From a virus (taxonomy: Duplodnaviria; Caudoviricetes): DNA of 62,281 nt. Shown piece by piece: positions 8,678-20,100 of the stretch. The position numbers and the translations under genes are program-made. Within the stretch, counting starts at the first letter, position 1, and the number at the start of each line of letters is the position of its first letter. Under the pieces are notes generated by a model. It was not told the origin of the DNA. It ran no database searches and saw only the letters and a list, made by a program, of their open reading frames with translations. The DNA lies in the IMG/VR virus record IMGVR_UViG_3300044627_002262, positions 1 through 62,281 of that record; one strand, 5' to 3'.

Positions 8678-8726
8678 AGGTGATCGGGCGCAATATGCCC
8701 GACCACCCTGCCAGTGTCAATCGACC

Positions 8727-9323
8727 TCATAACGGAGTCAGGTCGATTGGAAATGTGGTTGGCGCGGATGAGAGGTCATCGATTCCGATTGGCTTGCCTG
8801 CAAGAATCCACTTCTCGTATGCCTCAAGCGAGTAATCGCTCAATGCCTTCGCCAGAAGGCGAGATGCCTCTTCATTGTTGCGAGGCGCGACAATCGATAG
8901 TGTCCAACCGCCACGCTCGTTGATTGCTCCCCAACGGACATGGTCAAATGGAGCGACATCATCGATTCCGACAACTTCAGATACTCGACCATCGTAAACG
9001 CCACGCTTGATCTTTTTGGCCTCCAGTGCGGCGATCACTTCTTCAGGACTGCCAAGTCCATTAGACTCGCCACAGATCGATTTTAAGAAGGAAGATACCC
9101 GCTTGATAGCGGACAGTGATTTTGTGCGAATGCGGATGTTTCCTCCGTACCAGTCTCCTGCTCCTTTGTGGGTTTGCCACTGAAGATCAAAGTCGGTATT
9201 ACTGCGTCCGAATTGATCGTGCCTCCAGTGCGACTCGATAATCTCAATGTTGATGTGTTCATACTCGGCACTGCTTTTGGTGCGTGAGATGCGATAGTAG
9301 GTTTTGGATACTTTGTTTTTCAT
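8727..9323 (-). CDS. Hypothetical protein
   Basis: 198-aa ORF with A-rich leader. Confidence 0.7.
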   Translation of the reverse strand: MKNKVSKTYYRISRTKSSAEYEHINIEIIESHWRHDQFGRSNTDFDLQWQTHKGAGDWYGGNIRIRTKSLSAIKRVSSFLKSICGESNGLGSPEEVIAALEAKKIKRGVYDGRVSEVVGIDDVAPFDHVRWGAINERGGWTLSIVAPRNNEEASRLLAKALSDYSLEAYEKWILAGKPIGIDDLSSAPTTFPIDLTPL

Positions 9324-9360
9324 GGTATTTATTTATTGATGGTTGAGGTTGCGTCTGGGG

Positions 9361-9624
9361 TTACTTCTCCTGCTCGCGCAGGGAAAGAAGATGCTTGATG
9401 AGGTAATCCTCGACTTGAGCGAGTGCCTTGCACTGTTCGATTCGGTGATCCCGCGCCTTGCTGTAGGCTTCGTCGCCTTGGACATAGTAGTCCCGTGCGT
9501 TGAACTCGATCTTTCCGAGTGCCTCCTGTGCTGCGATAATTGCGTTGTATGCCGCCTCGTAGCCTTCCCAGAGGTCTTTGGCAGAGGTTCCGTTCAGGTG
9601 GACTGTTGGTGGTGTAATGGTCAT
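9361..9624 (-). CDS. Hypothetical protein
   Basis: 87 aa, PTVHLNGTS..FNARDYY pattern. Confidence 0.7.
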   Translation of the reverse strand: MTITPPTVHLNGTSAKDLWEGYEAAYNAIIAAQEALGKIEFNARDYYVQGDEAYSKARDHRIEQCKALAQVEDYLIKHLLSLREQEK

Positions 9625-9628
9625 GGTA

Positions 9629-9919
9629 TTATTTTTTAAGTACGATATCTAAAAATAGATTATTGTGCTGGTCGCAGAGTGCCTGCGCTTTTGCACGGGT
9701 CTTAAATCGTGCAAGTGCAGTGCCAGACACATTCTTCTGCGAGGCGGGTTTTACGATGTAGCATTCAATCCTACCTTGATTTGTGCAGGCATAAGCGACT
9801 ATCCAAAACTCATTGCGAGCAAGATCGATGGTCTCCAACAGAGATTCGCGGTAGTGAAGGTATTTTGCTTTCTTTGCTTTTGCGGCGAGTTTGGAGAGTG
9901 TTGTTTCGGTGATATTCAT
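9629..9919 (-). CDS. Hypothetical protein
   Basis: 96-aa ORF in the early operon. Confidence 0.6.
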   Translation of the reverse strand: MNITETTLSKLAAKAKKAKYLHYRESLLETIDLARNEFWIVAYACTNQGRIECYIVKPASQKNVSGTALARFKTRAKAQALCDQHNNLFLDIVLKK

Positions 9920-9937
9920 GTCAGTGATTGGTTGAGG

Positions 9938-10153
9938 TTAGAGTGCCAGTGCTGCTGCCGCTTCCTCGTCAGAGAGGATGAGGTCAGTTCCACAATCCAG
10001 ATAGGCATGGCGACCTGTGGATTGCTGCCAGCAGTAAAGGAGAACTTTACCACTGCGTGAGCGGAATGGAGTTTCGGTTCTTCCGCAGGCGGGAATCCAG
10101 TTTCCCTGTGCGGCTTTTTCTTCAAGTTGCTTGATGAGTTCTGTGATGTTCAT
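9938..10153 (-). CDS. Hypothetical protein, probably leaderless
   Basis: 71 aa; ATG 6 nt after a -10 box. Confidence 0.7.
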   Translation of the reverse strand: MNITELIKQLEEKAAQGNWIPACGRTETPFRSRSGKVLLYCWQQSTGRHAYLDCGTDLILSDEEAAAALAL

Positions 10154-10159
10154 GTGAGT

Positions 10160-10187
10160 AGATTAGCTAACCTGCTTGGGTTTGCAA
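10160..10187 (-). promoter_or_regulatory. Sigma70-like promoter with AACCCAA box (copy 3)
   Basis: TTGCAA-16 nt-TAATCT; box AACCCAAGCAG overlaps the -35 and spacer. Confidence 0.7.
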
Positions 10188-10199
10188 GAGGAATTTTTG

Positions 10200-10373
10200 T
10201 TATATCTTAACAATTTTTGGGATGGAATCATCGCTCCAATTTTTGACGATTTGTAAAAACTTTTCTGCTGGTTTGCGAGTCTTCCACGCAATTCCATTTC
10301 TGAAAAAGAAACCATATCCATCTTTTGTTCTGCAAAGCGTCCTGCCGTGCTGGTCTTTGATTTTGTAAATCAT
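10200..10373 (-). CDS. Small hypothetical protein
   Basis: Start reassigned to MIYKIKDQHG, 2 nt after the upstream stop. Confidence 0.55.
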   Translation of the reverse strand: MIYKIKDQHGRTLCRTKDGYGFFFRNGIAWKTRKPAEKFLQIVKNWSDDSIPKIVKI

Positions 10374-10375
10374 TT

Positions 10376-10729
10376 TTAAATAATTTGAGCAAGTGACCAA
10401 TAGAATCTGGCATCGCATTCAAGTTGATCTGCCTTTCCAATGCGGAGAGCAACAAGGGAATTGTGATTCCACGCTTTTGTTCCAAGTCCTTTTTCTTGAC
10501 GAATGGTTGCGGCAGAAGCATCAAGTTTTTTCGACCTTTGAATCAATTGCTCTTTTGTTGCCGCATCACTTTTCCATGATTTCAAGATTTCTTTAGCCTT
10601 GGATAAATCCCAAATCACTTGTGGGAAAAGATTGGATTTGTATTCGCGGAGTTCAGCAAACCCAGCGTCATTGTGGATACGAAGAACTGTTTTGGTTTTT
10701 TTGTTGATGTAGGTTTCTGTTGTTTTCAT
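10376..10729 (-). CDS. Hypothetical early protein
   Basis: Start reassigned to MKTTETY, after an A-rich leader downstream of promoter copy 4. Confidence 0.6.
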   Translation of the reverse strand: MKTTETYINKKTKTVLRIHNDAGFAELREYKSNLFPQVIWDLSKAKEILKSWKSDAATKEQLIQRSKKLDASAATIRQEKGLGTKAWNHNSLVALRIGKADQLECDARFYWSLAQII

Positions 10730-10784
10730 TTTTGGATTTTTAATTTGTTTTTCGTCGTCGGCGTTGTGCCTCCGATCTGCGAAC

Positions 10785-10812
10785 ACATTACCAAACCCGC
10801 TTGGGTTATCAA
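10785..10812 (-). promoter_or_regulatory. Sigma70-like promoter with AACCCAA box (copy 4)
   Basis: TTGATA-16 nt-TAATGT; perfect AACCC-N4-GGGTT inverted repeat overlaps the spacer. Confidence 0.7.
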
Positions 10813-10914
10813 GAAATATTTTTATCCGTTGTGTCATAGTAAAAACATTTTTGCTTGACGCTTGATCAAAAACCCAAGCAGTCCGTAGACCCGCATGAAT
10901 ACTCGCTCTGCGGG

Positions 10915-10988
10915 TGGTTGCAGGACAAGGAGTCGAACCTTGAACTTCAGGTTATGGGCCTGACGAGATACCTTTTCTCTATCCTGCG
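10915..10988 (-). tRNA. tRNA-Met(CAT), initiator (fMet) type
   Basis: Cloverleaf CGCAGGA/TCCTGCA, GAGA/TCTC, TCAGG-CCCATAA-CCTGA, CAAGG-TTCGACT-CCTTG, encoded ACCA; C1:A72 mismatch and A11-U24 pair. Confidence 0.92.
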
Positions 10989-10992
10989 GAAA

Positions 10993-11148
10993 TTATTTTT
11001 TGCGAGATGCTGCGGCTTTTTTCGCCTTCGCTTTGCGTTGGATACTGTACGCAATTGCGGCAGCTTGCGCTGGCTTTTTGCCTGAACGAATTTCAGCCGC
11101 GATGTTGCGGTCAAAACAATTTTGCGAAGCGCATTTTCGAGTCGGCAT
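10993..11148 (-). CDS. Small basic protein, 51 aa (not in ORF track)
   Basis: MPTRKCASQNCFDRNIAAEIRSGKKPAQAAAIAYSIQRKAKAKKAAASRKK; starts 2 nt after the giant gene stop. Confidence 0.75.
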   Translation of the reverse strand: MPTRKCASQNCFDRNIAAEIRSGKKPAQAAAIAYSIQRKAKAKKAAASRKK

Positions 11149-11150
11149 AG

Positions 11151-14100
11151 TTATTTTTTAGTTTCACCAGTCAAATTGGACAAGGTCATTTTTGCTTTCT
11201 CCAATGATGCCTGAAGTTTTTGCTTTGACTTCTCATCGGTAGCAGTAGCCAATTCGCGTTTAAATTTCGCGACCTTCAACTCTGCTTCTTCCAGTTTTTT
11301 TTCTGCTGCGTTTTCGTCATCTTCTGCTTTTTTGCGAGCGGCAAGCAATGCGACATACTCTTCTGGAGTTTTTGCATTCTGCACACCTGTCAATGCCACT
11401 TCTTCTTCAGGAGTGAGAAGACGAACAATTTCTGTTCTCTTTTTGCCGTCCACTTCAACCAACCGATTAACTTTGAATAGCGATGCATATGCCATGATCT
11501 CGTCCACATTGTCGGCGGCATCGGCATAGTCTGCTGGTTCCGATCCCGAAACTTGCGCTCCGTACAATCCAAACAATTCTTTTTCGTTGTACCAAAGTGC
11601 GGCTTGCATATCTGCGATGGTGATATCGATTCCTTTTCTGCGAAGTTTTTTCTGCGCGATCTCCATCACATCTTGCTGGAAGTCACGCTCCAGATCGGTT
11701 CTCGGAGCGGCAACTGGGTCAGTGCGATTTTCAACCCAGTTCTTTGCTGCTCGTCGCAAGTCGCTTTTAGCTTTGTACTGCCCCTTGCGATACCTGTCCT
11801 CAAGTGCTGTTGCCAACTCCAACATTTTTTGAGGGTCTGCCAGCAACTTGTCGAGTCCATCTCTCGATATGCCGTCCAACTCTGGCTCGTTCATGTAATC
11901 GAAAAACTCTTTTTCGCCATCTTTGTTTATTCGCTTCAGAAGAGGCTCAAATTTCTCGCCAGCACTATTTGCGGAATCTGATCGATACTGCTCCAGAATA
12001 GATTTTCTGAAAGTATCATATTGATTCGCTTCCTTCAGTGGTGCGTGTTGGAAAACATTCCCAAGAATTCTATTCCATGTACGGGTGAACCACAGGTCTG
12101 CCGTGAGCGTTGTGTAGTCGCCATGCAGGTTATTGATGAACGATCCGATCTTAGGCCCAAACACGCTAAACCCAGTCACCATCTGGTCTGCCTGTCCATC
12201 AACTGTTAGAGGCTTGCCTTTGAACCAGAGATTTTTGTTTTTCTTAAAATATCCGTTCCATTCCGAAACAGTCATTTTTTTCCTGAACAATTTATCGAGT
12301 GCCTGAATCCCGTTGTTTTTAATCAACTCATCGAGCTTCAAAAGATTGTTTTCAATCGCACGGGTTTCTCCTCCAAATGTGCCGTACAATTCGTCTTTAA
12401 TCTCTGGCAGTGTCTTTCCGCTTTCGAGCAGGAACTGCACCCTTGCTGCCATCTTTCCGTTCTCAAAAACATTGTTGCCTTGCGATGCTATGCCAAGCAC
12501 CGAGTCAAAGATGAATTCTTTGTCTGCATCGTATGTAGGAGTTCCACGATTCAAGAATGGGAAGAACTCGGAATACTTTTGCTTCATCTTCTTCAGAGCA
12601 GTGTCGTACCACCCGATTGCGTTCGGTGCTTCCGGGTTCTTTGCTGCTCGCTCCATATGCCCTTGGATTTCGTCAACGATTGTCTCGGCAACGATCTGTC
12701 CTGCTCTGGTGCTGTAATCGCCGGGTTGAATGAACCCATCGTCTGCACTGCGTTTCTGCAATGCATACATCAGGTCATTCACCGAGGTCTTCAGCCTGCC
12801 GCCTTTCGTATAGTACGATTCAGGCACTGTGAACTTCTCTGTGCCATCCAGAATTGGAGTCACAGATCGGCTCAACCCACTTGTGGGGTACAACTGCTCT
12901 CGGATGTAATCCGCAACCTCCTGACCTAATCCGTAGCGTTCTGCGAATCGGTCTGGGTCGAAGGTGAACCCTTCTCCTGCGAGGGATTTTGCGTACGGGA
13001 TAAGAACTGAATCGATACCCCTTCGGAGTAGTATGGGGAATCCTCTGGCAAGTCTGGTATCTTGCTGTATTGCCTTTGGAATTCCTCCCTGCTGATCTTG
13101 TGTATTTTCTTCATTTATTGATTCTCCTTTTATCCAATCTGGTACTTTTAGACTTCCATCATCTGCTGTAAAGTCTGAAGTCGTGTCATAGTAAAATGAA
13201 TCGACAAGAGTTTTATTGATATTTTTGATGTTTGATGCTTTTTGAATTTCAATAAGTTTGTCTTCAAATTTATCAATATTATCAAAATTTGCTGCCTTGA
13301 TGCCCCTTCCATCAACAGTCACTGACAACCCGTCAATACCCACTTCTTTTGCTTTTTTAAAGGCATTGAGTATTTGCTCTTCGGTTAGTTTTTTGTCATG
13401 GACAAGGTAGACAGATGGTGCGCCTTCGGTTAGTCCAATACTTGGTTTCCATGCGATGCCAGCATCCTGCGTCATCAAGACTGACAACCACTTTGTGACC
13501 GACTGCGACTGCTCCCATGTCATGTTTGGAGCGGAGAAAACAAAACTTGGTTCAGCCTCAAATTTCCATGTACCAAGAATGTTGTCGAATTGGATGCCAG
13601 TGAGTCCTGCCGCTTCAGCAATAAACTCTTTGAATTTTTTGGTCTTGAAGAGCGTTGCGACTGCCCCCTGAAGGGATTTTAGCCCGACACTTACATCTTG
13701 TTCTTGTTTCTTTACAAGAGCGACATACGCTTCGTATGCGGCAAGGTCTTTTGCGTATTTAGCTTTATCTTCTTTTGAAGCATCCTGCGGTATATCGGCA
13801 GGCTTCTCGACAGGAACAGGCACTTCTCGATTGTCCACTGGGAACTTGAATGGCGCAGGAACCATGCCCCGATTCATCAAGTTTATTGACCTTGTCAATC
13901 GGTCAACCTCGGCAACCTGTGCAGCATCATTCAAAGTAAAATCCCGATCTGGATTTTCCATGAACTCGTTTAGCAAGTCGGCTATTTCTTCCGACCTTTG
14001 GATGTCATCTTGGGATTTATCTTCTTTATTTTTGATATCGATATTTTCCCAATAGAGATTGCCGATATCGAGTAGTGCATCTCGTTTTTTGTTCAACTCA

Positions 14101-17100
14101 TCATTGCGAGGAGTCAACACTTCAATCAGGTACTTTTTTCGATCCTGCGATAGTTCCAATGTGGGAGTGAGATCGGCAACTGTGGTGTACCCAAATCCGT
14201 ACTTGCCGGGCTTGCCGCCGATCACCACAGAGAAGTCGCCAGCATCTGCCTGCATCGTCCTCTCAACGGGAGTTGGCTTCTTCGGCAGTACAACCATGCT
14301 CAATGGTTTTTCAACCTGCTGCTGCTGTTCTGGAGCGGTTGCTTCGCTCAATGGCAAGCCTTCGCCTGCTGGCATGAATCGAATGTCTAACGAGGTAGTC
14401 TGGAACCTCTGCGAGAGAGGGATTACATTGCCTTCGCCATCGTATGTTACTGGGTCTGCTGATTTGATTTGCTCTGGGTTAAATACAGCATAGTTGATTG
14501 GTGCGCCCATCCCATCAGTTACACGAATAGCGTCTTGACCTCTTTCTTTTGCTTTTGCGATAGCGCGAACTTCATCATATGAACGAACAATTCCTTTTCT
14601 AACATTTTCAGCCTTTAAAAATACAGGCATGACTTTCCCAAAAACAGATGCTTCGTTTATATCTGTTGCTACAAAAATAGCACCACCAAGAGCAGAATTA
14701 GGTTCAAAAACATTAAATGGAGATTGTGATCTTGTTCCGTGGAATCCTTTAATATTATATCCAGCCCTCTTTGCCGCCTCATCCACCATCTTCTGCAACT
14801 GCGATTGGTTATCCTCTGGGTTTTTGGCAAAGTTGAGGTACTCTGCATCTGACACTGCTGGCATGAACTGCAACTGCCCTGCACTGACAACTTTTGCCAT
14901 CTCTGGGGTGATGTTTACTCGCCAGATTGGGGTTTGTTTAGATTCTGGTGCTTTATTATATGCATTGAAATCTTCGTAATCAGTTGGTTTGCCTTTTGGA
15001 GTTTCTATTTCAGACTTCTCAACCTTGCCCCCCATCTTGCCAACATATTTACCGATCTCTTTTGGAAGGATTTGATCGTAGAATCCTTTCATGCCTTCGC
15101 CACCGACTTTAAGGTCTGCATTTTCAAGGACGCGCCACCCGTTTTTATCTTTTTCTTGCGCTAAAAGTTTTTGAGCGGTTTCTTTTCCAATATAATCTGC
15201 TAATTTATCAGGGGTAATTCCAGTTTGAATGATTGGCATTTCTCTTCCCTTTTCGCCAGTTAACCTTCCCCCTTGTTTGTCTTCATTGTATTCGATGCGA
15301 TCAATCTGCTTACTCAAATCATATCGTTCAGCTTGCGTGTCTCCAACAGTCCAACCGATCCATTGCTTGCCTGACTCTACGGCATCGCGCAATGCGCGTT
15401 TAAAGAGTTGTAGTGACCAATCTTTTCGGAATGGCGCGTCTGGGATACCTTCTCTTAAAGTTGTATTTCTTGCTTGTCTTGCTTGATTCCTCAAAGAATT
15501 AAGTTCTGTTAATAAATCAGGGGTGAGAGGAGTTGGTGCTTCATTATTCAGATACTCCATACGAGCCTGTTGCTCGTTTGTTAAATCTTCAAAAGATTTA
15601 TCTTCCAAATACCCCTTCTCCCTTCCTGCCTGATGCCTGTCAGACTGCAATTCTTCGATGAACAATCCATCGTTGCCTTCAGCATCTGTGCGCTCATTCA
15701 AGCGCATATGCGCTACATAGTTGTGAACATTTGGGAAGTGGGATGAGGTGTATTCTCCAGCGCGGTTGAAGCGTGAGCGCACTTTATCCATCGCCTGACT
15801 GCGTTCTTGTGGTGTCCAAGATTCCCACTGTTTGCCAGCATCCATCTTAGCCTGATCCTCAATGTCTGATTCAGCGATTCCGCGATTTTTCTCTGGCATT
15901 GCCATCACAACTTCACGATAGTTTTCACCACCGGAGAGTTGGTATTTAGCGTATTTTGGAGCAGGTAATTTTGATGCGTTATCTATTGCATTTTGTAATG
16001 CGAATGGCAGTTCATCAAATTCAAGTGGATCATCAAACTCGTCGTAAAATGCTGCCTCACCATATTGATCTTCAATTTTTATTCTATAGGTATCAGCAAT
16101 ATCTTTAACCGAAGCATCTTCTCCAAGTGTCACTTCTTCAAATTTGACCTGACCTTCGTTGCGAAGATAGTCCATCAGTTCAACCACAGGAACCTTGCCG
16201 TTGTTCTCGCCTGCGAGTCGGTCAATGGCATCCAGTACGCCTGACCATTTGACCTCTTCCTGCTTCACATTCTGCGGGTTCGTAATGACTGCCTTCAACT
16301 GCTCTGGCGTTGCTGTTGCGCCTTGGAATTTGCGTTGGATTTCTGTTTGCAGTTTGCTCTTGAATCCACGCTCGCCAGATGGTGCTTCTGCAACTGCTGG
16401 CATGAACTGCGTGATCGGGCCTAACGATTTATCACCTTTATAAAGAATCTTAATCTTTGAATCATCAAAGATAACATAATTATATGTTTTTGGAACACTT
16501 GTTATTTGTTCAGCAGTAAGTCCAATCTGTTTTTGTTTGGTTTGAGTTATCCTATCAGTAAATTTAATACCATCGAATCCCATCGCTTTTAATTGCATGG
16601 AGGCTTCTTTAGGATTACCAATATATTCGCTTAATGCATCATAATAATCTCCAACTGTATCAATTCTAACTGGGAAAGCAGTGTCTATTTCAATATTTTT
16701 TTTCAAATCGTCTACTTTATCTCGAAGTCTTGAGTCTATATTGCTATTCCAATCAAGAATTTTATCTTCATCTATATCAAGATCAACTTTATATTGATAT
16801 TGAAGAGGAACAAATTTATCTATTTCTTTTCTATTCTCTGCAAAGTAAAGACCCCATCCATACACTTGTTCTTTATTCCCAGAATTAATAAAGTCTAAAT
16901 TAAATTTATCAAAGTCTGCTCTTGATGCATGGAATGCAGGCAGGTATTGCAACCCAGCAGGCGCAACAACTGCGTTTTCAAATCGAGTTCCACTCTGGAT
17001 GCGATCTTTGAGCGATTGGCGATATTGCATCACATCGTTTGCTGCCGCCACGATTTGCTCGTCAGTGATATCCGGCGAGATTTGCAATGCGCCTGCTTCG

Positions 17101-20100
17101 TTCACAACGCTACGGATGTACTCTGGAAGCGTCTGGGTTGCGTTATCGACCCTGCCTTCGTTGTAATTGTCCACTGCCGCCAGAATGAGGTCTTGCGGAG
17201 AATTCATCATATCCACCTCGGTGGTTTCTGGTGCTTCTACGATCTCCTCGGTTGCTGCCGCCTGATCTTGTGCCTGCGATTCCAGTTGCTGGTAGATTTT
17301 TTCCAGTTCGGTTTCGAGTGCTGGAATGATCGGACTACGACCCCCGTCTGCGTAGAGTTGATCGAGTTTGGATGAAAGTACCTTGGCGATGTCTTGCGGC
17401 GGCACAGTGCCGTCCTGTGCGTCCAGAATAGCCAATTCTGCCTCGGTCTCGGCATCGATGTCCGAAACGATCTCCTCTGGTTCAAGCGAGGCGACATTTT
17501 CAGGGTCAAACATCGACACGATCTGAATCCTCGGCATCTGGTCTTGTCCCTGCACCAACTGCAATGACTCGGTTGGGAGCAAATCGTCCATCTGGCGCAA
17601 CTCGCTTTCGAGTGCATCAATCTCGCCAGTTGCCATTGCGCGGCGAACACGGGTAGCAGTGACGCTACCATCGAATCGGTTCTGAACCTCCTCGGCAGTC
17701 ATCGGTGCTGCCATCGGGTTAACCGCTGGCATATAATTTGTGGTTAGGTAGCCATAATTTATCGGCAACTTTTGCGAGGGTGACTCCGAAAAATTATTGA
17801 TGCGATCAAGCCGACGAGACCGAATTACAATGTCAAGATTGTCTTTGCCTCTTGCCCTTGGAAGTGTGCTGCGGTCAGGGTTGGATTCTTTGGTCTCTGC
17901 GTTGTATGCATTGAAAAGATCGTTGATCTTATTCTTCATTTTGCCTGCGATGTATGCGTCAGGATGAAGTCCAGTCTCGCCTTTTTCGCCCCTTGAATGA
18001 TTATCAAGTAGCTTTATTAAAGAGTCCCAGAATGCACCTGTATCGCCATTCCAAGGTTGCAAGTTCTCTGGCTTTTTATCTGACCACGCTTGCATTTTAT
18101 CGTATAGGCGACTGATAGAAATTGTGGTGAGCGCAAAGTTGCCGTCCTTCGTGAGTTGAAACCCGATTGGCACTTCATCGCGAATTTTTGGAGAGAGTGC
18201 TTTGTACCTGCCATTCAGCAGTGATGCTTGGTACTCCATGACAACGCGAGTGCCATCATTCCGCGCCATGAGTTCGTTGAAAAACTTGGTCATGCGCTTC
18301 AGGTTTGGCGAAACCACTTCGTTTGGCAGTGCCATGAATGCCTCGATTTGAGCGGGAGACATAACCCCTCGATAGTTTCCATTTCCAGTGTCTGAAAGTC
18401 TAATGCCAGACCCGTCGTCTTTCGCGGAATCAATCGCATTTTGGATAATTTCTGTCCGCTTCCTTGCGCGAGCTTTCATCTCACGATTTGTCAAGATAAT
18501 CGGACTGCCGTCTGGTTTTCGAGCAATGCGCGTGTCGGTCTCAAATGTAGTTCCGTCTGGCATCGAGCCAAATGTAATTTCAGGCCCAAGTGTCACCACA
18601 TTGCCATTGGCATCGACCAACTGACCCCCCTGCGTCCTGTATACATCAACGAATGGATCAATTTTCGCACCAGCAGGAACAACGATTTCGGTGACACTAC
18701 CATCAGGCGCAGTCGCTTTGATGATCTGCTCCTTCTCGAAAAAGTCTGCGTGTCGATATTTATTTTGGAGCGCAACACTGCCCAGAACCTTGGTCAACGG
18801 AATGTCTGGTTCATCGGATTCGCGACTCTGCTGGACAGTCATTGTGCCGTCAAAATCTTTTAGACCTCTCTGGTACTGACGCACCATTGCAAGCGTCTCT
18901 GGTGACATCTGCGCTCCAAGAACAGAAGAGTATCCACCAGCATTGTCAAAAAGGATTCCGTTTTTTCGGAGCGTCTCTTTCAGTTGCTTCAGCCTACCAC
19001 TTTTGGTCTTGACCTCAAACCAGTCCATGACATTGCGACCAACATCATCGAGCGATGCGCGAGTTCCACCTGCATACTCGCCAGTGGCAGCAGCAGTCTC
19101 TGCAAGAATTTCGTCTTTGATGTACGCTCGCATCTTCTCGACCTCCCCGCCGAATTGAGCGTAGAAACTCGCCCCATTGTCGCTCGGAGACATCATCTTT
19201 GCGTACTGCGTAGCGTACCTGTCCAAGTCTTCGTCAGAGTAAATTCCCTGCTGGTAAACCTCGACACTACCATCATCGTTTTTGATTTTCTGGTCGAACA
19301 ATTGACCACGCAACGGAGCGAGCATCTTGTTTACTTCTGCGAACTGTTGCACTGCGTGTTGAACCTCATGCTGGAGCGTGTGGCGCAAATTTAGACCCTG
19401 CGAGGTCATGTGCTTGATTAGGTCTGCATTGATTACAGCAGTTGCTCCCTGCTGGTTGATTCGGCGCAAATGTGGAGGAACGAATCCCTCTGAATTCGGG
19501 TCAGCATTGTCTTCCTGCAATGCGAATCCACGCGCAGATTTTGCGCCTTCAACATCGTTCTGGAACTTCTGCAAGAGTTGCCGTGCCTCAGTGAGCTTTT
19601 GACTGTCAGTCTCGGTGAGAGATGGAATGCCAGTGAGCAGATTGATAGTAGTCTCTGCTTGTTTCAATGAGTCACCATAAAGGTCACGGAAAAATTGATC
19701 AGCGTTTGCTGGATCAAGAACGGCAATTTTAACTCCGCGAAGTCCAGCAACTCCACCTGTGGATTGTGCAAGATCGTATGCGTCAATGAATGCGAGTGCG
19801 GTCTGGCGAGTTGCCTCTGCCTGCGTTTCTGGAGTTGATTTGGAAAGTGCTTCCCGTTGCTTCAGGAACCCGTCAATCTGTTTTTGATCAAAGGCAGCAT
19901 CTTCTGGGTTGATTTGAGCGTCTCGCTTCTTTTCGAGACTTGCAATGCTGGTCTCGATTGCTGCTTTGCGACTCTCGATGTTTGATAGATCGGCAATGTT
20001 TTGCTGAATCTCTGGAGATGCTTGCGCCATGAACCGCTTGATATCGGCATCTTCATCGCGGCGATAGGCAGCAGGGTCTGGAGTGACAAGATTGGTGATC

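Noticed and set aside
10915-10988. tRNA as a prophage attachment site
   Set aside because: No integrase, no duplicated tRNA 3' end and no host genes in the window
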